From Planctomycetales bacterium (lineage in GTDB: Bacteria > 4484-113): a stretch of DNA of 36,239 bases. Every line of letters begins with the position of its first letter. The stretch's first letter is position 1. The notes under the pieces are model-generated. The model saw only the letters and a program-made list of their open reading frames with translations, ran no database searches and had not been told where the DNA came from. Both the position numbers and the translations under genes were made by a program. The DNA is taken from the NCBI GenBank assembly GCA_037445915.1, contig JBBIJQ010000016.1, positions 1-36,239 on the forward strand, in the 5' to 3' direction. Of the stretch, positions 9,594 to 18,969 are shown one piece after another.

Positions 9594-10327
9594 AAGGCGT
9601 ATTACTTGCAGGCGGCTCCGGCAGTAGGCTCTACCCGCTTACTCGCGTGACCAACAAGCACTTGCTCCCCGTGGGCAAATACCCGATGATTTACCATCCG
9701 CTTTTCAGGCTCAAGCAAGCCGGCGCGCGCGAAGTGCTCATCATCACAGGCCGCGAGCATATGGGCGCGGTGGTGAACCTGCTTGGCTCCGGCGCTGAGC
9801 TTGGGCTGCAAATGACTTACCGCGTGCAGGACGAAAGCGGCGGCATTGCGCAGGCTGTCGGCCTGGCGGAGAACTTCGTCGGCAAAGATGCGTTCCTCAC
9901 GCTTCTTGGCGACAACCTGTTTGAGGACAGCCTCGCCGACGACGCGACCGCGTTTGCGAAGAACAGTGAGCTGGCGCGCGTGCTGCTAAAACAAGTGGAT
10001 AACCCCAGCCGCTTCGGCGTGCCTGTGTTCGGCGAGGACAAGCGCATCATCGGCGTTGAGGAAAAGCCCGCAGCGCCCAAGAGCAACTATGCGGTTACCG
10101 GCGCATACTTCTACACGCACGAAGTCTTCGGCGTGATACGCAACTTGAAGCCTAGCGCGCGCGGAGAATACGAAATCAGCGATGTGAACCTGCATTATGC
10201 GAAAGAAGGCAAGCTCGCCTACGGCATCCTCAAGGGCGCGTGGCAGGACGCGGGGACGTTTGAGAGCTACCCCCGCGCCAATGCGCTTGCGCAGGATTGG
10301 GAGCTTGACTTCGCCAGCTTGCGCTGA
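9590..10327 (+). CDS. rmlA: Glucose-1-phosphate thymidylyltransferase (short RmlA/SpsI type)
   Basis: LAGGSGSRLYPLT...NKHLLPV, LGDN, EEKP..PKSNYAVTG.YFY, PSARGEYEISD, W.DAGT; ATGA overlap with xseA. Confidence 0.9.
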   Translation: MKGVLLAGGSGSRLYPLTRVTNKHLLPVGKYPMIYHPLFRLKQAGAREVLIITGREHMGAVVNLLGSGAELGLQMTYRVQDESGGIAQAVGLAENFVGKDAFLTLLGDNLFEDSLADDATAFAKNSELARVLLKQVDNPSRFGVPVFGEDKRIIGVEEKPAAPKSNYAVTGAYFYTHEVFGVIRNLKPSARGEYEISDVNLHYAKEGKLAYGILKGAWQDAGTFESYPRANALAQDWELDFASLR

Positions 10328-10334
10328 AGCCCTA

Positions 10335-10343
10335 TGCTAGACT
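10335..10343 (+). promoter_or_regulatory. Extended -10 (TGcTAGACT), leaderless
   Basis: 7 nt before in-frame ATG 10351; no SD. Confidence 0.6.
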
Positions 10344-10350
10344 AATGCTC

Positions 10351-11103
10351 ATGCGACCTCTCGCGCCGATTGTGGTTTCCGGCGGCGCAGTGCCAGAAAG
10401 CCTGCGCGCGCGCTTCCATCTCCCTGCAAAATCGCTCATCCCCTGCCTCGGCAAGACGCTGCTCTCGCATTCCATCAACGCATTGCTTGAAAGCGAGTGC
10501 GCTTCTAGCCCCATCGCCGTCGTCGGGCCGGTCGGCATTAAAGATGAACTGGCGCAGTTTGGCGACGCCGTGGCATGGCTGAAGTGCCGCGACACGCTGA
10601 TGGACAACGTGTCCATAGGCGAGCAGTTCCACGGCGGCGGCAAGGATTTCCTCATCCTCTCGCCCGACCTGCCGGCTGTAAGGGGCGCGGCCATTGACCT
10701 GTTCGCGCGCGCTATCCCCCCGGAGGCGGAAATCGCCGCGCCCGTCATCACGCGCGAGCAGTTCCTGCGCCGCTTCCCCGGCGCGCCCAACAAGTTCTTG
10801 CGCACCGCCGAGGGCGAAATCACGATGGGCAGCGCGTTCTTTTTCACCGGCCGCGCCCTTAAAATCAACCTCGCGCTGGGCAAGGACGCCTACAAGTCGC
10901 GGAAGAATCCCCTGAAGCTGGCGGCCATCATCGGTTTGGGCGTCGCCTTCCAGCTTCTCAGCGGAAAGTTGCGCGTGGAAGCGCTTGAAAGCCGCGTGAG
11001 CCGCCTTTGCGACGCCCATGCGCGCGCAGTCCGCGTGGACGCGCCGGAGCTGGCTTACGATATTGACTGCTGGGAGAACATTGAGTTTTTGGAGCGCTGC
11101 TAA
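10351..11103 (+). CDS. MobA-like NTP transferase family protein
   Basis: VVSGG...KSLI...GK.LL, LILSPDLP, C-terminal ELAYDID. Confidence 0.7.
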   Translation: MRPLAPIVVSGGAVPESLRARFHLPAKSLIPCLGKTLLSHSINALLESECASSPIAVVGPVGIKDELAQFGDAVAWLKCRDTLMDNVSIGEQFHGGGKDFLILSPDLPAVRGAAIDLFARAIPPEAEIAAPVITREQFLRRFPGAPNKFLRTAEGEITMGSAFFFTGRALKINLALGKDAYKSRKNPLKLAAIIGLGVAFQLLSGKLRVEALESRVSRLCDAHARAVRVDAPELAYDIDCWENIEFLERC

Positions 11104-11152
11104 TGGCAGGCTTCAATTCCATGGCGCATTGGACTAGAATCATCGCCGGGAG

Positions 11153-11971
11153 ATGAATATGATACAGCTCGGTAACTTCAAGGTTTTCCCACTTGCAGAC
11201 GGCCACTTTTGCCTGGACGGGGGGCTTGCCTTCGGGCTTATTCCGCGCGTGATGTGGGCAAAGCACAACCCGCCGGACGAGAACAACCGCGTCGCGCTTT
11301 ACGTGCGCCCCATGCTAGTTGACACGGGCGAGAAGCGCATCCTGTTTGACGCGGGCATAGGCGACCGTTACGGCGCGAAGTTCGCGAAAATATACAACGT
11401 GCAGCGCGAAGAAGGCCAGCTCCTGCGCAGCCTGAAAAACGAGGGATACGCGCCGGAGGACATCACCGACGTCGTGTTCTCGCACCTGCACTTTGACCAT
11501 TGCGGCGGCGCGTCGCTGGAGGACAAGGACGGCATCCCGCGTCTTGCGTTTCCCAACGCCGTGTATTACTCGTCGCCCAACGAATACACCGACGCGCGCA
11601 ACACCAACCCGCGCACGAAAGGCTCTTACCGCGCCGACTTCATAGAGCCTATCGCCGCTTCGGGGCATATGCACCTCATCCGCTTTGAGGGCAACATTCT
11701 CCCCGGCGTCACCGCGCTGCGCACCCCCGGCCATACCGCCGACCATTACTCATTCCTCATCCAAAGCGAGGGGCAGCACCTCATATTCTGGGGCGACCTG
11801 ATGCCCATGCGCGTCCACATGCACCCGACATATGCGACCGCGCTGGACACGCACCCGATGATGACGATGGAAAGCAAGCAGCGGCTCATCAAGCGAGCGG
11901 TTGACGAAGGCTGGCACTACCATTACTTCTACCACGAGATGCAGCCCGTCTCAAGCGCGGCTGAAGTTTAG
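11153..11971 (+). CDS. Metallo-beta-lactamase fold hydrolase (YtnP-like)
   Basis: DG.F.LDGG.AFG.IP, SHLHFDHCGG, TPGHT..H, GDL; alternative start ATG 11159 with GGGAG SD. Confidence 0.88.
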   Translation: MNMIQLGNFKVFPLADGHFCLDGGLAFGLIPRVMWAKHNPPDENNRVALYVRPMLVDTGEKRILFDAGIGDRYGAKFAKIYNVQREEGQLLRSLKNEGYAPEDITDVVFSHLHFDHCGGASLEDKDGIPRLAFPNAVYYSSPNEYTDARNTNPRTKGSYRADFIEPIAASGHMHLIRFEGNILPGVTALRTPGHTADHYSFLIQSEGQHLIFWGDLMPMRVHMHPTYATALDTHPMMTMESKQRLIKRAVDEGWHYHYFYHEMQPVSSAAEV

Positions 11972-12005
11972 GAACACCTCGTGGAAGTCCTCAAAGAGCC
12001 TGAGC

Positions 12006-13436
12006 CTAACGGCCTGGTTTTGTAACGAGGAGCTTAAGCTCGGTTAGCTCGTCCATCGCCGCGCGCGGCCCTTCGCGCCCGAAGCCTGAGTCTTTGACGC
12101 CGCCGTAGGGCAGGTGGTCAAGGCGCGCAATCGGCGTTTCGTTTATCAGCACCGCGCCCGCCTGCGTGTTTTCATACGCGTAATTCGCCTTGTCCAAGTC
12201 GTGCGTGAAATATCCCGCCTGCAAGCCAAAGCGCGAGTTATTCACCATCGAAACCGCATCGGTGAACTCCTTATATGGCGCGATAACCGCGATAGGCGCA
12301 AACGCTTCCTCAGCGCATACCTTCGCTTCCACAGGCGCGCCGCCGATGATAGTCGGCATGAACACGCTTCCCTGGGCAATCCCGCCGCAAAGCACGCTTG
12401 CGCCCGCAGCCTGCGCTTCCTTCACCCATGACGACACGCGCTCAACGTCATTTTGCGAAATCATCGGCCCGTTGATAACTTCCGGGTCGGCGGGGTTGCC
12501 CGAGCGCACGCTTTTCGCAGTGTAATCAATCATCGCCAGCGTGAACTCGCCGTAAAGCCGCTCCTGCACGAAGATGCGCTGGATGCTGATGCAAACCTGC
12601 CCCGCATACGCGAACGCTCCCCTCGCCACCTGCGCAGCCACGCCTGCGATGTCGTTTACTTCATCAACCACGACTGCCGCGTTGCCGCCAAGCTCCAGCG
12701 TGACTTTCTTGCGCCCTGATGCAGCCTTGAGCGCCCATCCTACTTCGGGGCTGCCGGTGAAAGATATCTTGCGGATGCGTTCGGAGCCGGTGAGCGTCCC
12801 CATCTCGGCAGAAGAGCAAGGAACGACATTGTATGCTCCCTCCGGCACTCCGGCTTCAGCGTAAACTTGCGCCAGCATCAATGCGGTCAGCGGCGTGTAG
12901 CTCGCTGGCTTGTGGATGACGGCGCAGCCCACCGCCAGCGCCGGCGCGGCTTTATGCGCAGTGAGGTTGAGCGGGAAGTTGAACGGCGTGATAGCAAGCA
13001 TGGGCGTGATGGGAAACCGCCCTATGAGCGCATACTTGCCGCCCGACGGCGCATATGCTTCCTGCAAGTGCAACTCGCCCGCATACCGCCGCGCTTCGTC
13101 GCCTGCAATAGCGAACGTCCCCGCTGCGCGCTGAGCCTCCGCTTTCGCAAGCGTTATCGGCTTGCCCGCCTCCAGCATTATCACGCGCGCGAAGTCTTCC
13201 GCGCGCTGGAGTATCAGCGCGGAAATCTTGTGAAGTAGCCCGGCGCGCTCGTATGGAGCGAGCTTGGCGAGCATCACGCCTGCCGCTTCCGCAGCTTCCA
13301 GCGCTTGCTCAAGCATGGCCCTGTCAGCGCATCCCGCTTGCGCGAAGGCCTCGCCGGTGTAGGGGTTGCGCACGGGGAACGTTCCAGCGGGCTGCACAAA
13401 GTGCCCATTCACAAACGGGCTGGTTTCGTAAGACAT
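12006..13436 (-). CDS. Aldehyde dehydrogenase family protein
   Basis: ITPFNFP, KPAS.TP, SFTGS, LELGGN, AGQVCIS (catalytic Cys), EEAFAP, YGGVKDSGFGREG. Confidence 0.96.
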   Translation of the reverse strand: MSYETSPFVNGHFVQPAGTFPVRNPYTGEAFAQAGCADRAMLEQALEAAEAAGVMLAKLAPYERAGLLHKISALILQRAEDFARVIMLEAGKPITLAKAEAQRAAGTFAIAGDEARRYAGELHLQEAYAPSGGKYALIGRFPITPMLAITPFNFPLNLTAHKAAPALAVGCAVIHKPASYTPLTALMLAQVYAEAGVPEGAYNVVPCSSAEMGTLTGSERIRKISFTGSPEVGWALKAASGRKKVTLELGGNAAVVVDEVNDIAGVAAQVARGAFAYAGQVCISIQRIFVQERLYGEFTLAMIDYTAKSVRSGNPADPEVINGPMISQNDVERVSSWVKEAQAAGASVLCGGIAQGSVFMPTIIGGAPVEAKVCAEEAFAPIAVIAPYKEFTDAVSMVNNSRFGLQAGYFTHDLDKANYAYENTQAGAVLINETPIARLDHLPYGGVKDSGFGREGPRAAMDELTELKLLVTKPGR

Positions 13437-13442
13437 GCCCTG

Positions 13443-13448
13443 ATTATA
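13443..13448 (-). promoter_or_regulatory. -10 (TATAAT) of ALDH, leaderless
   Basis: 6 nt before ATG 13436; no SD. Confidence 0.65.
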
Positions 13449-13469
13449 CGCGGCAGGGCGGCCTAATTG

Positions 13470-14096
13470 CTATTTGCCGCCGGGGAGCGGCTGCGCCTGG
13501 AACTGCGCCGTGTTGATAAGGCTAACGATGCTGTCAAGCTGCGGCTGGGCGAGCGCTTGCTTGGAGATGGCGACGAAGAAGTAGTAGTCGGGCGGGAAGT
13601 AGAAGTGGTGGTAGTAAATCCAAACTTCCTTGCCCGGCTCCTGCGGAACGAACGATGGCAAGTTCTCCATTTCCTTTGGAATACTGAAATGAAGCACTTG
13701 CCTCAAGCCAGGCTTGCCTTGCGCAGTGAACTCTTCGTTGGTTTCGGGCTTCAGCGGCGTGAGCTTGCCGACGTCAATCAGGTCAAAGCGGACTTGCTGG
13801 GCGAAGAACTTGAAAAAGTCAGCCTGGGGATCCTTCTTCAGGAGGATGCCCACATTCGCCAAGCGCTTGATGCCAAGCGTGTAGTCCTTGCCGGTAAGCT
13901 GGAATGGGAACTCGGAACTGGCATAGTTGGAGATGGACGAGTAGTCGGCGGGGCGGTAGGTAACGCGCAGGCCGACCTCGGCTGAATACGCCGTGGTGGT
14001 TTCGGGCGGAGCTGCCGGGCCTGAGCCGCCGCGTGGGCATCCGGCTGCCAGCGCAGCCGCCGCAATGAAGGCCGCAATTAATAGGCTAAAGCGCAT
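13470..14096 (-). CDS. Hypothetical lipoprotein
   Basis: MRFSLLIAAFIAAAALAAGC signal peptide with lipobox; AAGGGG SD; overlaps nusB end. Confidence 0.75.
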   Translation of the reverse strand: MRFSLLIAAFIAAAALAAGCPRGGSGPAAPPETTTAYSAEVGLRVTYRPADYSSISNYASSEFPFQLTGKDYTLGIKRLANVGILLKKDPQADFFKFFAQQVRFDLIDVGKLTPLKPETNEEFTAQGKPGLRQVLHFSIPKEMENLPSFVPQEPGKEVWIYYHHFYFPPDYYFFVAISKQALAQPQLDSIVSLINTAQFQAQPLPGGK

Positions 14097-14598
14097 ATTG
14101 CCCCTTAAGTGTATCAAGGTCGCGGACTATGCCGCCTAGGATTCCGTTTATGAAGCGGTTGCTGTCCTTCTCGCCGTAAAGCTTCGCCAGGTCAAGCGCT
14201 TCGTTGATTGCAATCTTATAAGGCGTGTCCATGTAAAGAAGCTCCGCCAGGGACATGCGAAGTATCGCCCGCTCAGGCGCGCCGATGCGCTCAAACTTCC
14301 ATTCCAGCGGGTATCTTTGGAGTATTTCGTCAAGAGCCTTAAGGTTGCCCGCCGTTAGCCGGCAAAGCTGCATTACGAATTCCTGGTTTGCTGCACCCAG
14401 GTCGCCTACGACCATGCCTTCGGCTTCGTCCTCGTCATTGAATATGTTTTCTTCAAAAGTGCGCCGGAGAAGCTCCTCTATTGTGAGTATCGTGTGCTGT
14501 TCTAGTTCAAACAGCAGTTCAAAGGCCTTTCGCCTGGCCTTTCGCCTTGAGAGCTGGCTCTTTCGTCTTTCCACCATATCAGGGTTCAACGCGCGCAC
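14086..14598 (-). CDS. nusB: Transcription antitermination factor NusB
   Basis: RRKARRKAFELLFE, ERAILR, INEALDLAK.YG, RFINGILG; start GTG 14598 or ATG 14577. Confidence 0.93.
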   Translation of the reverse strand: MRALNPDMVERRKSQLSRRKARRKAFELLFELEQHTILTIEELLRRTFEENIFNDEDEAEGMVVGDLGAANQEFVMQLCRLTAGNLKALDEILQRYPLEWKFERIGAPERAILRMSLAELLYMDTPYKIAINEALDLAKLYGEKDSNRFINGILGGIVRDLDTLKGQYAL

Positions 14599-14634
14599 CA
14601 GGCTTCCTGCCCGCGCGTCGCCATCCGACGGAAG

Positions 14635-15738
14635 TTAGCCGCCTCCGTTTCCGCCGGCTGAATCGTTTGACTCCTCAACAGGCTCAGATGTTTCAACATA
14701 TGGCGACAAATCTTCCATAAAGCTGATAGCCTGCGCGACCATCTCCTTCGTTGCTTCCTGGTAGGAAACGCCATTCCGCATTGTCGGTTCAGAAGGAACG
14801 GTCATTGAGCGGACATTCTCGTTATGCACATTAGGGATCTGCCGCGAAAGCGCGGCAATCTGGTCCCAGGCGAGGTTTGTCTCAAAAGTGTCGCGCATTG
14901 AGGTGATAACCGCAGGAAGCCTTCGGTAGGTGTCGCCGCGCTTTAGCGATTCCAACACTGCCAGTATCGCCGTTTGCTGGTGTTGCATCCGCCCGATGTC
15001 GCCCAGAGCGTCATGGCGGAAGCGCACATATTTAAGCAGCGTTTCCCCGTCCATGTGTTGGTAGCCAGGGGCAATGTTAATCTCCAGCTTTTGCGCGCGG
15101 TCGCGGTACTTGAGCGCTTTCTCAACGTCAATGTCCACGCCGCCCAGCGCATCCACAAACTGGATAAACCCTTCAAAGTTTATCTGGACGTAGTATGGAA
15201 TCTCAATGCCGAGCAGCTTCTCAACGCTTTGCTGCACCCATTCCAGCCCTTGCTCGTTGCGCTGTTCGCCGTAGGGATAGGCATGGGCAAGCTTATCGCA
15301 GTCGCCGGTCGGCAGCTCCACGCGCAAGTCTCTCGGGACTGAAACAACCCTCGCTTGAAGCGTGTCCAGCCCCAAGTGAATAACCATAACCGTGTCGCTG
15401 CGGTGCGGAGGCTCCAGGTCAATGCCGACAACGAGGATGCGCACATCACTGTCTCCGCCGAAGTATGACGAGAGCGGGCGGGTCGGTGAAAGAGCGCCGG
15501 CAACAATGTTAAATGCGTTCGTCTGGCGGTTGCTTTGCGTCGTAATAGGCCACCAGAGCAGCGCGACGAGTATTACGCCTATGCCGAGGACAATGAAAAA
15601 CGAAGTGTTCTGGCGGCGGCGGTGCGCGGACACGCGCTTGCGTAACGCCTCGTTTTGCGGATACCGCGGCGGCGATGACAACGGGCGGCGGGGCTTTATG
15701 CCCGGCCGTTTCAGGTATTTATCAGACAGTTTATCCAA
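14635..15738 (-). CDS. LytR-CpsA-Psr (LCP) family cell-wall glycopolymer transferase
   Basis: Single TM, ILVVGID, RSDTVMV, SVPRD.RV, VDALGGVDI, YVRFRHD..GDIGR..HQQ. Confidence 0.92.
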   Translation of the reverse strand: MDKLSDKYLKRPGIKPRRPLSSPPRYPQNEALRKRVSAHRRRQNTSFFIVLGIGVILVALLWWPITTQSNRQTNAFNIVAGALSPTRPLSSYFGGDSDVRILVVGIDLEPPHRSDTVMVIHLGLDTLQARVVSVPRDLRVELPTGDCDKLAHAYPYGEQRNEQGLEWVQQSVEKLLGIEIPYYVQINFEGFIQFVDALGGVDIDVEKALKYRDRAQKLEINIAPGYQHMDGETLLKYVRFRHDALGDIGRMQHQQTAILAVLESLKRGDTYRRLPAVITSMRDTFETNLAWDQIAALSRQIPNVHNENVRSMTVPSEPTMRNGVSYQEATKEMVAQAISFMEDLSPYVETSEPVEESNDSAGGNGGG

Positions 15739-16324
15739 GACTTATGGCTTCCTCAGAGAGCTCATTATAGAACTCTATCGTCGCCGGGTGAACTCGGCGG
15801 CGCTTGCGCTTGAGATACTCAATCCCGGCTGTTACCACCGCAAGGCAAAGCTGCGGCAGCCCGTCGCCAGCCTTAGCGCGCAATTCCCGCACGCCCGCGT
15901 AATCTCGCTGCTCCTCCAGCTTGTCCGCGCAGTAAACAATGCGCGCCGCGCGGCACATCCCGAGCCCGCCCGTAGTGTGGAAATAGACGGCAGAATGTGT
16001 ATCAGCATCGCTGATGCAAAAGTCGCGCCAAAGGCGGTGGGCGCCGATGCGCGCATGAAGCAGCGCAGGCACTTGGCGCTCCATTTCGTCAGGCTCGTAT
16101 CCAAGTTCGCTTGCGGCGGCTTGCAGTTGTTCAACGCCCCAGTGCTTGCAGTTGTCATGCAGCAGCGCGCCAAGCTCAATGCTCGCCAGCTCAGCTTCCG
16201 CGCAGCCGAACATGCGCCCAAGCTCCAGCGCATAATCCGTCGTCGCCAATGTGTGCGCGAAAAGCTCGGCTGGGAGCTGCGCCTTGAGGAGTTCGCGGAT
16301 TTGCGCTGCGCTCGGCTGCATCAT
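15731..16324 (-). CDS. yqeK: YqeK bis(5'-nucleosyl)-tetraphosphatase (HD domain)
   Basis: FAHT, LLHDNCK, LLHARIGA, HTTG...M, IVYCADKLE..R.Y.GV; ATGA-coupled to mutS. Confidence 0.88.
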   Translation of the reverse strand: MMQPSAAQIRELLKAQLPAELFAHTLATTDYALELGRMFGCAEAELASIELGALLHDNCKHWGVEQLQAAASELGYEPDEMERQVPALLHARIGAHRLWRDFCISDADTHSAVYFHTTGGLGMCRAARIVYCADKLEEQRDYAGVRELRAKAGDGLPQLCLAVVTAGIEYLKRKRRRVHPATIEFYNELSEEAISLG

Positions 16325-18900
16325 TCCTTCACGAACAGCCCCATCTGCAGTATGCGGCGGCTCTTGAGCAGCGACTCGCGCTTCACTTCCTCCAACTCTG
16401 CAAGCACTTCGCGCGCGCGTGTGACGACTTCGGGCGGCAGGCCCGCTAGCTTCGCCACTTCAACGCCGTAGGATTCGTCAACGAATCCCGGCACGACCTT
16501 ATAAAGGAACACCAGCTCGCCGCCGGTCATGCGCACTTCAACTTTCAGGTTGCGGATGCGCGGGAACAATTCAGCCAAATCGGTCAGCTCAAAGTAATGC
16601 GTGGCAAACAGCGTCTTGGGGTGCGCGCGCTTGCCGCTGTGGAGATACTCCGCCACCGCGCGCGCAATGCTGATGCCGTCGTAGGTGCTGGTGCCGCGCC
16701 CGATCTCGTCAAGGATCACCAGCGAGCGCTCGGTCGCCGCGTGCAGAATCTCTGCGGTCTCCACCATCTCCACCATAAACGTGGACTTGCCAAGCACCAG
16801 CGCGTCAGCAGTGCCAATGCGCGTGAAGATGCGGTCAACCACGCCGATGTGCGCGCTGCGCGCGGGCACGAAGCTCCCCATCTGCGAGAGGATGACAACG
16901 AGCGCCGCCATGCGCATGTAGGTTGACTTGCCGCCCATGTTGGGGCCGGTGATGAGGCAGACCTGCACCGTCTCGTTGTCCATGTATGCGTCGTTGGCGA
17001 CGAAGCGCTGCTTGCTAACCGCGCGCTGCACAAGCGGGTGCACACCGTCCTTTATCTCCAGCACGCGCGATGAATCTACAAGCGGCCGCGCCCATTCCTC
17101 GCGCCGCGCAACTTCCGCGAGCGTTAGGATGTAATCTGCTTCGGCAAGCGCCATTGCCGCTGCGTGCAGCTCGTCGGCGCGGCTGCGCAGGAAGTCAAGC
17201 AATTCAGCCAGCAGCCTTTGCTCAAGGCGCAGTGCATCGTCTTGCGCCGACACTAATTCACGCTCATGCTCCGAAAGCTCTTCGGTCGTGAAGCGTTCCG
17301 CGCCCACCAGCGTCTGCCGCCGCTTGAGGCCCATGCCGTCGTGGACTAGGTGCAAATTGGACTTCGTTATTTCAATGAACCATCCGAACGCGCCGGTGTG
17401 CTTCACGCGCAGCGAGCGGATGCCGGTAGCATCTCGCTGGCGCTGCTCGTATTGCGCGAACCACGCTGCGCCGTTCGCCGCGATGTTGCGCAGCCTGTCA
17501 AGCTCGCCGTTGAATCCCTCGCGGAATGCACCCGCCGCTCCGCTTGACGGCGGGTCGTCTGCAAGCGCATCCAACTTCTCCCGCGCGTCTGCGCACTCCG
17601 GCAGGCTTTCGCCGAGCCTCTGCAATAACGCGGCCGACGACGCCTCCAGCGCGCGCTTGATGTCGGGCAGCTTTGTAAGGCTTTCGCGCAGCTTCGCCAG
17701 CTCGCGCGGATTTGTGCGGTCAAGGCAGACGCGGTTGACGATGCGCTCCACGTCTGCCACTCTCGCCAACGCATCGCCGAGCACGCGCGCCGCATCCTCG
17801 CCCTGCGCAAGCTCCTCCACCGCGTCAAGGTAATTGTTGATTACCGCCGGCTCGGCGAATGGCGCGGCGAGTCGTTCTTTGAGCAACCTCTTTCCCATCG
17901 CCGTGCGCGCGCAGTTAAGAATACCGAACATGCCGCCAGCGAGCTCACGCGCAGCGCCGTTTTCCTGCAGCGCGAAAAGCTCCAGATGGCGCACCGCGCG
18001 CTCGTCCAGCATCAGCTTTGCGTCAAGCGCTAATGGCTGCACGAAAAGCTTCGGCTGGCCAACCTTGAATACTTCGCGCAGGTATCGCACGAGGTGGAAC
18101 AGGCCGATGAGCGCCGCGCCCGCGCCCTTCAGCCCGAAGCCGTCAAGGTGTTCGCTGCCGAGGAACTTCTTGGCGAAGAACTCCGCGTCCTGCACCGAAA
18201 CGCCCTTGGCGAACGTGTGCACAACCGCGAGCGGGTGCGCGCGCTGGAATGCCGCCATCTCCGCGCTCGCGGCCAGCGTTTCGTCTATGAGCAATTCCTG
18301 CGGGCGGACACGCTCTATCTCGGCGAGCATCCTTTCGCGCCCGCGCTTCGCGTCAAGCTCCGTGAAGCCCACGCGCCCGCCCGACGCTTCCAAAAGCAGG
18401 AAGCCCAGGCGGCCTTTGTGCTCGCAAAGCGTGAGCAGAAAGACTCCGCTGTCTTCGCTCAGGAATTCGTCTTCAACGAGCGTGCCCGCGGTGATGACGC
18501 GTGTCACGGCGCGGCGGACGATGCCCTTAGCCTGCGCCGGGTCTTCCATTTGGTCGCACACCGCGACCATCTCGCCCGCGTCCACGAGCTTCTTCACGTA
18601 GCGCATCAGCGCGTGGTGGGGCACGCCGCACATGGGGACTTTCATGCCCTTGGCGGCTTCGCGCGCGGTGAGCATGACGCCGAGAATGCCGCAGGCGCGC
18701 TGCGCGTCGGGGCCGAACATCTCGTAGAAGTCGCCGAGGCGGTAGAGGAGGATGGCGGCGGGATGCTCGCGCTTGATGGCGAGATACTGGCGGAAAAGCG
18801 GCGTGAGCTTGTCGGCGGGAATCCCGAAGTATCCGCCTTCGCATTGCGCCGCCGCGCTAGACTCATCAGCCATAACCGCCGCGTTTTCCAAGTCCGACAT
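16321..18900 (-). CDS. mutS: DNA mismatch repair protein MutS (MutS1)
   Basis: TPLFRQY..IK, GDFYEMF, PMCGVP, GPNMGGKSTY, STFMVEM, DEIGRGT, FATHY, C-terminal QMGLF clamp-binding motif; start ATG 18900. Confidence 0.98.
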   Translation of the reverse strand: MSDLENAAVMADESSAAAQCEGGYFGIPADKLTPLFRQYLAIKREHPAAILLYRLGDFYEMFGPDAQRACGILGVMLTAREAAKGMKVPMCGVPHHALMRYVKKLVDAGEMVAVCDQMEDPAQAKGIVRRAVTRVITAGTLVEDEFLSEDSGVFLLTLCEHKGRLGFLLLEASGGRVGFTELDAKRGRERMLAEIERVRPQELLIDETLAASAEMAAFQRAHPLAVVHTFAKGVSVQDAEFFAKKFLGSEHLDGFGLKGAGAALIGLFHLVRYLREVFKVGQPKLFVQPLALDAKLMLDERAVRHLELFALQENGAARELAGGMFGILNCARTAMGKRLLKERLAAPFAEPAVINNYLDAVEELAQGEDAARVLGDALARVADVERIVNRVCLDRTNPRELAKLRESLTKLPDIKRALEASSAALLQRLGESLPECADAREKLDALADDPPSSGAAGAFREGFNGELDRLRNIAANGAAWFAQYEQRQRDATGIRSLRVKHTGAFGWFIEITKSNLHLVHDGMGLKRRQTLVGAERFTTEELSEHERELVSAQDDALRLEQRLLAELLDFLRSRADELHAAAMALAEADYILTLAEVARREEWARPLVDSSRVLEIKDGVHPLVQRAVSKQRFVANDAYMDNETVQVCLITGPNMGGKSTYMRMAALVVILSQMGSFVPARSAHIGVVDRIFTRIGTADALVLGKSTFMVEMVETAEILHAATERSLVILDEIGRGTSTYDGISIARAVAEYLHSGKRAHPKTLFATHYFELTDLAELFPRIRNLKVEVRMTGGELVFLYKVVPGFVDESYGVEVAKLAGLPPEVVTRAREVLAELEEVKRESLLKSRRILQMGLFVKE

Positions 18901-18910
18901 GGGGGGGATA

Positions 18911-18916
18911 ATTATA
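18911..18916 (-). promoter_or_regulatory. -10 (TATAAT) of mutS operon
   Basis: 10 nt before ATG 18900, separated by TAT plus C7; no SD. Confidence 0.55.
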
Positions 18917-18969
18917 GCGGGGAAAAAAGGTAGCAAGGGGCGTGTAGCGAGTAGCATGGAAGAAATCCC

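Noticed and set aside
15392..16471. 359-aa + strand ORF, and similar long antisense ORFs (115-759, 18094-18933, 20713-21570, 31482-32276, 33374-34183)
   Set aside because: Shadow frames opposite well-supported genes in GC-rich DNA; no recognisable motifs
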